DNA of 64,000 nt from an uncultured Candidatus Saccharibacteria bacterium (lineage in GTDB: Bacteria > Patescibacteriota > Doudnabacteria > UBA920), in NCBI GenBank assembly GCA_964556325.1, contig CAZKVS010000002.1, positions 13,599 to 77,598 of the forward strand, read 5' to 3'. Below the pieces are notes generated by a model. It saw only the letters and a list, made by a program, of their open reading frames with translations, did not search any database and was not told where the DNA came from. Below, in pieces: positions 10,448 to 17,288 of this stretch. The translations under genes and the position numbers were made by a program. The stretch's first letter is position 1, and the number at the start of each line of letters is the position of its first letter.

Positions 10448-11983
10448 ATGACCGATTCCCACGACCGATCACATTTCGTTGATGGCGTACGCCAAGCACC
10501 CCATGTTTCCGTGCATTTTGGACCACCCACATCATCACCAAAAACCCCTACAACTACGAAGGTTAAAACCAAGAAGCGACGGTGGCTAAAAATTGTGATT
10601 GGAACACTGTTCGCGCTCGTCCTCATAGGAGGAGGTCTGTTTGCTATTGCCAATACATGGTCTTCAAGTAGTTTTGTCGGTTCACAGCAAGGCTTTTTTG
10701 GAAATGCGAAAGACATCCTACTGCACGGGGGCAATAGTGACGTACATATTAACGGCGAAGAAACAGGTTACGTAAACGCTCTTTTACTGGGCATTGGAGG
10801 TGAGGGCCATGACGGACCATACTTAACCGACACCATTATCGTTGCACGATTGAAGTTGGATACGAATGAAGTGTCTTTAGTAAGTATCCCTCGCGACTAT
10901 CAAGTAAAACTGGGGGGAATTGGCTATCGAAAAATTAATGCGGCCTTTACAGAAGGCTTTCTCAAACACAAAGATTGGAACGAAGCAGGTAGTATGGCTC
11001 AGCAGGCGGTCAGTGACATTACTGGACTTAATATCCCCTACTTCGCCGTGTTAGATTTTAGCGGTTTTGAAAAAGCCATCGATGAAATTGGCGGAGTGGA
11101 TGTACATGTGGAGCGCACGTTTACTGATTATCAATATCCCAACAGTGGGACGGGGTATCTACCTCCGCAAACCTTCACCGCAGGAGACCAACATTTCAAT
11201 GGAAGCCAGGCACTTATCTTTTCTCGCTCCCGACATGCAGCCGGACCGGAAGGATCAGATTTTGCGCGCAGTCAGCGACAACAAAAAATTATCCAAGCGG
11301 CACGAGCTAAGGTTCAAAAGCTGAATCTTCTTACCGATACCGGAACCATCACAAAACTTTTACAAACATTTACCAGCCATTTCCATACTAACTTTAGTCC
11401 TGGACAAGTCTTTCGACTTGCACGCATTGCCCAAGGCGTAACATCCAGCCAAATTAGCAGTAGCAGTTTGGACCCCAACACTGGTATTATTTGTCCTTAC
11501 ATCGAACCCGAAAGTAAGGCCTATGTACTTGTCCCCTGCCCAAATAAAACAGCCGACGACGTAAAGGACTACTTTAGCAACAGCTTCAGCATTGGCAAGC
11601 TCGCCCAAGAAAAAAGTGTCGTATGGATAGCCACCACCGACCCTAAAAGTAGCCGGTACAAACGGGTAGCAGCAAACTTGGAACAGGCCGGACTCACTGT
11701 ATGGGCCATTACCTACCCGGACCTGGAACCAGAGCAAACCGTACTCTATCAAGTAAACCAAAAACCTGAAACGGCTACCTACATAAAAAACACCCTCAAG
11801 GCCCGAGAAGTGAGCCTGGCTCCGCCAAATATCCGCGTTGACGCCGCACGAAGCGATGTTGTCCTTATACTGGGCAAAAACCTTCCCGATAGATTTACCG
11901 CACCACTACCCGCTACCACCCAACCGACTGCCATACCAGCAGCTACAGGAACTACCACTACCCCACTTGAATTAGATAATTAA
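10448..11983 (+). CDS. LytR-CpsA-Psr (LCP) family cell-envelope phosphotransferase
   Basis: N-terminal TM helix. 'LLGIGGEGHDGPYLTDTIIVARL...SIPRD' LCP core. Pro/Thr-rich C-terminal tail. Confidence 0.8.
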   Translation: MTDSHDRSHFVDGVRQAPHVSVHFGPPTSSPKTPTTTKVKTKKRRWLKIVIGTLFALVLIGGGLFAIANTWSSSSFVGSQQGFFGNAKDILLHGGNSDVHINGEETGYVNALLLGIGGEGHDGPYLTDTIIVARLKLDTNEVSLVSIPRDYQVKLGGIGYRKINAAFTEGFLKHKDWNEAGSMAQQAVSDITGLNIPYFAVLDFSGFEKAIDEIGGVDVHVERTFTDYQYPNSGTGYLPPQTFTAGDQHFNGSQALIFSRSRHAAGPEGSDFARSQRQQKIIQAARAKVQKLNLLTDTGTITKLLQTFTSHFHTNFSPGQVFRLARIAQGVTSSQISSSSLDPNTGIICPYIEPESKAYVLVPCPNKTADDVKDYFSNSFSIGKLAQEKSVVWIATTDPKSSRYKRVAANLEQAGLTVWAITYPDLEPEQTVLYQVNQKPETATYIKNTLKAREVSLAPPNIRVDAARSDVVLILGKNLPDRFTAPLPATTQPTAIPAATGTTTTPLELDN

Positions 11984-12113
11984 CTCTTAAGCTCAAACCT
12001 CAACCCCTTAAGTATCTTGCCTAAATTCCCAATACCCAATTCTCAATTTCCAATGAAATGCTAAATTCTGGAAGTTAGAAATTGGAAATTGGTAATTGGA
12101 AATTTATTCTACT

Positions 12114-13535
12114 ATGTCTATCCCCATCGTCGCTATCGTCGGACCTCCAAACGCCGGCAAATCTACGTTATTTAATAAAATTATTGGCGAGATGAAAGCT
12201 GTCACTTCTGACGTAGCTGGTACAACTCGAGACCGCCAGTACGCCCCTACTGCTTGGAACGGGAGTGTCTTTGAACTTGTAGACACGGCGGGGTTGGATT
12301 CCCCCTCCACCCCATCTTCTAAAGGAGTACACTCTTCTTCCGCTGCTTTCAAAGGCGGAGCCAGGGGTGGTGAAAGCGAACTTGAAACGTCAGTCAACAA
12401 ACAAATAGACGTGGCCGCAAAAGAAGCACAGGTAATTGTTATGGTAGTGGATGGTAAGCTATCACCTGACAGCTTAGACCGGCAGGTGCTACTTAAATTT
12501 AGAAAATCCAAACAACCGGTAGTGTTGGCTATCAACAAACTCGACTCCCCTAAAAATTTAGAGGCTCTGACCGCAAGCTTCCTAAAACTAGGTTTAAAGG
12601 CCGTGTTCCCCGTTTCGTCAGTTACTGGCCGCGGCATTGGGGACATGCTCGACCATATTGTTTCCGTCCTCCCTGCAGCAAAACTAGACCCTAATCCCTT
12701 AGCACTTAGCCCTTCTACTGGCATTGCCGTGGCAATAGTTGGAAAGCCAAATGTGGGCAAGTCCAGCATTTTTAATCAAATCCTCAAAGACGAACGGGTC
12801 GTTGTGTCCAACGTACCGGGCACCACTCGCACTGCTATTGATAGCGAAATGACTATCAATGGTACCGACTACACGTTTATCGACACTGCGGGTCTCAAAA
12901 AGAAAGCCGCCAGACAAGCCCAACCAGACGTGTTCTCGAGCTACCAAACCTATAAATCTATCCGCCGAAGCGATGTCTGTTTCTTTGTTATCGACGCTAC
13001 TGAGGAAGTAACCAGCCAAGACCAATCCGTAGCCCAAGAAATTATTTCCCAAGAAAAAGGTTGTATTGTCTTAGTGAATAAAGTGGACCTGTACGACGCA
13101 GGGCAACAAAAAAAGAAAACCGTTGCCCTTCCTACCCGAGACAAACTCCAAGCCTACGTTTCCCACCACTTCCCTTTCCTCTGGATGTGCCCTGTATTCT
13201 TTGTATCCGGCAAAACAGGTGAAGGACTCAGCGAAGCTATCGCCGCTATTAACAAAATAGACGCCAGTCGAAAACAAGTCGTCGACCCTGAAGCGCTCAA
13301 AGATCTCCTTGCCCGACGAAAGAAACAAAACCCACCCAAGCGACTTATGGACCAAAAAGAGCCAAAGGTTTATAGTCTTGCCCAAGTGGAAACCAATCCG
13401 CCCAAGTTTGAACTCTTGGTTAACCATACGCCGGCCATTCAGGAGAACTTCCGGAAATCTGTAGAAAACGCCATCATCAAAGAACTCAACTTTTGGGGTA
13501 CTCCGATAAAAGTCCGACTTGTAAAGAAAGTGTAA
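12114..13535 (+). CDS. der: Ribosome-biogenesis GTPase Der/EngA (two GTPase domains plus KH)
   Basis: Two P-loops (GPPNAGKST and GKPNVGKSS), DTAGL motifs, C-terminal KH-like domain. Carries in-frame repeat-derived inserts (see findings). Confidence 0.9.
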   Translation: MSIPIVAIVGPPNAGKSTLFNKIIGEMKAVTSDVAGTTRDRQYAPTAWNGSVFELVDTAGLDSPSTPSSKGVHSSSAAFKGGARGGESELETSVNKQIDVAAKEAQVIVMVVDGKLSPDSLDRQVLLKFRKSKQPVVLAINKLDSPKNLEALTASFLKLGLKAVFPVSSVTGRGIGDMLDHIVSVLPAAKLDPNPLALSPSTGIAVAIVGKPNVGKSSIFNQILKDERVVVSNVPGTTRTAIDSEMTINGTDYTFIDTAGLKKKAARQAQPDVFSSYQTYKSIRRSDVCFFVIDATEEVTSQDQSVAQEIISQEKGCIVLVNKVDLYDAGQQKKKTVALPTRDKLQAYVSHHFPFLWMCPVFFVSGKTGEGLSEAIAAINKIDASRKQVVDPEALKDLLARRKKQNPPKRLMDQKEPKVYSLAQVETNPPKFELLVNHTPAIQENFRKSVENAIIKELNFWGTPIKVRLVKKV

Positions 13536-13605
13536 ACTCCCCCAGGGGCCACTATGTCAGTGGCCCTTTTGCATGCAAACAAAAAGAACTTGCTATAATA
13601 AACTC

Positions 13606-14169
13606 ATGAAAATAATTGTCGGTCTCGGTAACCCCGGTAAAAAATACGAACTCACCCGACACAACGCTGGTTTTTTAGCCATCGATGAATACTTAAAACA
13701 ACTCGAAACCATTTCCTGCGCTTCCCGCTTTCAAGGGCAAATTTGTGAAGTTCACTTTACCGCCACGCAACACCCGCAGGGTCCTATCAAAACTTTTTTT
13801 ATCAAACCGCAAACCTTCATGAACAAGTCGGGTGAAGCTGTCCGAGAAATTGTGCAGTTTTATAAAGTTAACCCGGAAACTGACATACTCGTGGTACATG
13901 ATGAGCTCGACTTAAAATTCGGCTACTGGAAAACAGCGTTTGATTCTCGCGCCGCAGGCCATAACGGCGTTGCCAGTATTATAGAAGCGCTCGGCACACA
14001 AAAAATTCATCGCATTCGAATTGGTGTAGAATCTCGAATCTCTCGCCACGAAAGCCCTACCGAAGATTATGTATTAAGCCCTTTTTCTAACGAGGAGCTC
14101 ACAACGCTCCACGAAAAGGTGCTCCCCCAGACTCGCGAAGCTATTGATAATTTTATTTTTGATAAATAA
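13606..14169 (+). CDS. pth: Peptidyl-tRNA hydrolase
   Basis: 'MKIIVGLGNPGKKYELTRHNAGF' Pth signature. Confidence 0.85.
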   Translation: MKIIVGLGNPGKKYELTRHNAGFLAIDEYLKQLETISCASRFQGQICEVHFTATQHPQGPIKTFFIKPQTFMNKSGEAVREIVQFYKVNPETDILVVHDELDLKFGYWKTAFDSRAAGHNGVASIIEALGTQKIHRIRIGVESRISRHESPTEDYVLSPFSNEELTTLHEKVLPQTREAIDNFIFDK

Positions 14170-14170
14170 A

Positions 14171-14204
14171 AAAGCTCTCCGCATATGAGCGGAGAGCTTT
14201 TTAT
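14171..14204 (+). terminator. Rho-independent terminator after pth
   Basis: AGCTCTCCGC-atat-GAGCGGAGAGCT hairpin followed by TTTTT. Confidence 0.8.
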
Positions 14205-14403
14205 GTTCACTATCCCACTTGCAAGTGAAAGGCTACAGACAAACGCCTATAAACCTTTACTCGCTGCTAGTAGCAGAAGGTAGGAGGGATGACTTCTACG
14301 TTCGCACTTACAAGCAGGAAACTGAACACAAAATAATTATAGTGGATAATTACTGCTATTCAACTGTTATTATTATACACCTTTATAGTAATATTGTCAA
14401 GCC

Positions 14404-15498
14404 ATGAATCCCCTTGCCGATACTATATATTTACACGGTTTAAACCTCTTTCCTGCATTTGGCCCGAAACGGCTCGGTCTCTTGGGTAACTATTTTCAGA
14501 ACTACGCGGATGCCTTTGCCGCCCCTACCGCCGAGCTTATGGCGGCGGGTCTCGATGCAGAACTTGCCCAAAAATTTGTTCTATTCCGACAGACTATCAA
14601 CTTAAAAGTAGAAAACGAGAAACTACAAAACTTAGGTATACATCTGGTAAGCATCCAGGACCATACGTACCCACAATTACTGCTTGAGTGTAGCCTTCCT
14701 CCATCAATTCTCTACGTACGCGGAACAATACCGAACCCGGAGTGGGCCATTGTATCCGTGGTGGGCACGAGAAAGATTACCACCTACGGCATGAGTGTAA
14801 CCCCTCGCATACTCGGACCCCTGGTGGATGCAGGTATAGTTATTGCTTCTGGCCTGGCATATGGTGTTGACGCTCTCGCGCATAAACAGGCAGTAGAGAA
14901 AAATAAACCCACCATCGCCATACTCGGTGGAGGTATAGATGACAAAACTATATACCCCAAACACCATGTACTTCTTGCTCACGAAATAATGGCAACCGGA
15001 GGCTGTCTTATAAGCGAATACCCACCGGGAACTCCTCCGTTTAAACAACACTTTGTCGCACGCGACCGCATTATTTCTGGTATAAGCATAGGGACGCTTA
15101 TTATAGAGTGCAGCCTTAAAAGCGGTTCGCTCATTACTGCCCAATACGCGCTTGAACAAAACAGGCGTCTCTATGCAGTACCTGGTCCCATCTATGCCGA
15201 AGAGTCTCGCGGACCAAATAATTTAATAAAAATGGGCGCGAGTTTGGCAACTGAAGCTGCGGATATTTTAAACGATTTAAATATAAGTCCAAAACTCGAG
15301 GCAACCCTCCCCGCACAAGACTACACACCCACCGAACAAATAGTTCTTGCTATACTTACGTCTGAACCAATGACCGTAGATGCGATTATACAAAACTCAA
15401 ATGCGGATGCATCGGCCATTACAACCACGCTCACTTTTCTAGAAATGAAAGGCACCATTAAAAACGTTGGCGGCCAGCAGTACATTCGTGTTCGCTAA
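14404..15498 (+). CDS. dprA: DNA-processing protein DprA (Smf)
   Basis: Rossmann-like DprA core ('GTRKITTYG', 'GLAYGVDALAHK', 'ILGGGID') and C-terminal winged helix. Confidence 0.85.
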   Translation: MNPLADTIYLHGLNLFPAFGPKRLGLLGNYFQNYADAFAAPTAELMAAGLDAELAQKFVLFRQTINLKVENEKLQNLGIHLVSIQDHTYPQLLLECSLPPSILYVRGTIPNPEWAIVSVVGTRKITTYGMSVTPRILGPLVDAGIVIASGLAYGVDALAHKQAVEKNKPTIAILGGGIDDKTIYPKHHVLLAHEIMATGGCLISEYPPGTPPFKQHFVARDRIISGISIGTLIIECSLKSGSLITAQYALEQNRRLYAVPGPIYAEESRGPNNLIKMGASLATEAADILNDLNISPKLEATLPAQDYTPTEQIVLAILTSEPMTVDAIIQNSNADASAITTTLTFLEMKGTIKNVGGQQYIRVR

Positions 15499-15547
15499 AA
15501 ACGAACCGAGATATTCGTTGGTCCTATACATCTTATCAGCCCCAATA

Positions 15548-15596
15548 ATCATATGGGTCCTATCTGACCTATCTGACCTATCTGACCTATCTGACC
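15548..15596 (+). repeat. Tandem 9-bp repeat (CCTATCTGA) x about 4.5 upstream of the CapA-like gene
   Basis: Direct reading: gtCCTATCTGACCTATCTGACCTATCTGACCTATCTGAcctataaa, followed by a TATAAA -10-like box. Confidence 0.9.
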
Positions 15597-15623
15597 TATA
15601 AATTTTATTCCCTTATAGCAAAA

Positions 15624-16835
15624 ATGTCCCACAAACTTCTGCACCTTCTGTTTATTTTAATAATTGCGCTAACAATTACCAGCACAATAACTTTTGCGTT
15701 GCGCGACAAAAACCCGGAACGCCAGTCCGCTGACTCCAGCAAAACCCTAGACGATTACTTCACCCAAAGTCAAAGCCTCAAAAAAAATACCCTCACGGAA
15801 CAAGAAACCCATACCGTCACGCTCTTGGCAGTCGGCGATATTTCCTTATCTCGGAACATTGCCCAAACTATTAAAATAAAACAAGACCCGCTCTACCCAT
15901 TTCGAGGCATAGAGCCACTTTTACAGTCGACCGATTTCAACTTTGGCAACCTGGAAACCCCTTTTTCCAAGAGCGACGCCTTTACTCCAAATAACACCTT
16001 AGTCTTTAATGCCCCCAAAGCAAATGTGGCAGGTCTAAAAGCGTACAATTTTAAAGTTTTAAATCTGGCCAACAATCATGCTTTTGACCAAGGACTAAGC
16101 GGAGTACTTACCACTCGCAAAATCCTAGCAGACAACAATATACTTTTTACCGGCAGTGGTGAATCCTTAGATGAAGCATGGATGCCCGCTGTATATGAAA
16201 CAAACGGAATTAAGATAGGTTTCATTGGAGCCTCTTACTCCTCTATAAACGACGGAGGTAAAACCACCAACAACTACGTCGCCCGCATCGAAGACCTAGA
16301 CCGTCTCACGGCTCAAGTCTCATTTCTCAAGTCTCAAGCTGACTTCATAGTGGTCACCATGCACGCAGGAACTGAATACACCGCCACACCAAATGAAGCC
16401 CAAATCAAATTTGCTCACGCAGCCGTTGATGCGGGTGCCGATATAGTCATAGGCGCGCACCCCCACTGGGTACAGGAAAAAGAACTATACTGCCCCATTT
16501 CCGGTTCCTCCCCTTTCAAAGGGGAGGTTAGGTGGGATGAACATTCGCAGAATTCGGATGCTCATCCGTTGCATTCGGATTGTAAATGGATCTACTACTC
16601 ATTGGGCAACTTTATCTTCGACCAATCCTGGAGTGAACAAACCAAGAAGGGTTTAGCCCTTAAAATTACTCTTTCCAAAACGGGTACAAACTCACCCACG
16701 CTCAGCGGCGCCGCAACCCTCAATGACCTGCAACCCGCCGGCGGCAAGGAGAGACCTGAAACAAATCTAGATATTATCGAAGAAATCCCCATTTATATTA
16801 AAGGCAACTGCTGTCCAATAATTGCACCAAAATAA
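15624..16835 (+). CDS. CapA-family metallophosphatase (poly-gamma-glutamate synthesis-like), membrane-anchored, with an in-frame repeat insertion
   Basis: 'LLAVGD', 'NLANNHAFD', 'TMHAGTEY', 'GAHPHWVQ', 'YSLGNFIFD' CapA motifs. About 35 extra residues lie between HPHWVQ and YSLGNF, encoded by palindromic repeat DNA at 16495-16590. Confidence 0.7.
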   Translation: MSHKLLHLLFILIIALTITSTITFALRDKNPERQSADSSKTLDDYFTQSQSLKKNTLTEQETHTVTLLAVGDISLSRNIAQTIKIKQDPLYPFRGIEPLLQSTDFNFGNLETPFSKSDAFTPNNTLVFNAPKANVAGLKAYNFKVLNLANNHAFDQGLSGVLTTRKILADNNILFTGSGESLDEAWMPAVYETNGIKIGFIGASYSSINDGGKTTNNYVARIEDLDRLTAQVSFLKSQADFIVVTMHAGTEYTATPNEAQIKFAHAAVDAGADIVIGAHPHWVQEKELYCPISGSSPFKGEVRWDEHSQNSDAHPLHSDCKWIYYSLGNFIFDQSWSEQTKKGLALKITLSKTGTNSPTLSGAATLNDLQPAGGKERPETNLDIIEEIPIYIKGNCCPIIAPK

Positions 16836-16865
16836 ATAGCGGTCGCAGTGAATAAATGTAATACT

Positions 16866-17081
16866 TTATTCACTGCGCCGCTGCTTTGCGTAATGGTCGT
16901 GATTGCACCATCGGTGCTGCTCTCGACCACCACACCTCTTACACCTTACAGTCTGGTCATATTTCTGTTCATGCTCAGTAATAATTTTACCGCAATGACA
17001 GCAAACTTTAACCAGCTGAAGTTTGGGACGTACTGTATCAACCACAACTCTCCTCCTTATCGCAGATTTAGCCAACCACAC
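16866..17081 (-). CDS. Small zinc-ribbon protein (hypothetical)
   Basis: 71 aa with CxxC...CxxC ('CCHCGK...CKRCGG'). The overlapping + ORF (16848..17144) looks like a non-coding translation. Confidence 0.3.
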   Translation of the reverse strand: MWLAKSAIRRRVVVDTVRPKLQLVKVCCHCGKIITEHEQKYDQTVRCKRCGGREQHRWCNHDHYAKQRRSE

Positions 17082-17249
17082 AATCTAGCAGAGATACTAT
17101 CATTTGACAAGATGCATACTTCATGGTTAAAATTGCCATTGTAACTCAACTAGTCGTTAGTAAATAGTAATTAGTAATCAGAAAATACTAATTTAATTCT
17201 TTACTGATTGCTTATTACTCCTTACTAAATTACTAATTATTCGTAGTTC

Positions 17250-17285
17250 ATTCGTAGATTCGGATGAATTCGTAGATTCGGATCG
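17250..17285 (+). repeat. Tandem 18-bp repeat ATTCGTAGATTCGGATSR x2 (plus a partial third) immediately upstream of the topA start
   Basis: Direct reading at 17239-17285. The related CATTCGGAT(A) words recur before dnaJ, before the pilin gene and inside the capA insertion. Confidence 0.85.
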
Positions 17286-17288
17286 CGT

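Noticed and set aside
12104-13427. Antisense ORFs within der (12104..12769, 12699..13052, 13071..13427)
   Set aside because: They overlap the Der GTPase CDS, which has unambiguous P-loop motifs.
16848-17144. 98-aa plus-strand ORF overlapping the zinc-ribbon candidate
   Set aside because: The translation is hydrophobic low-complexity sequence with no motif. The opposite-strand 71-aa ORF has paired CxxC motifs and is the more plausible gene, but neither is certain.
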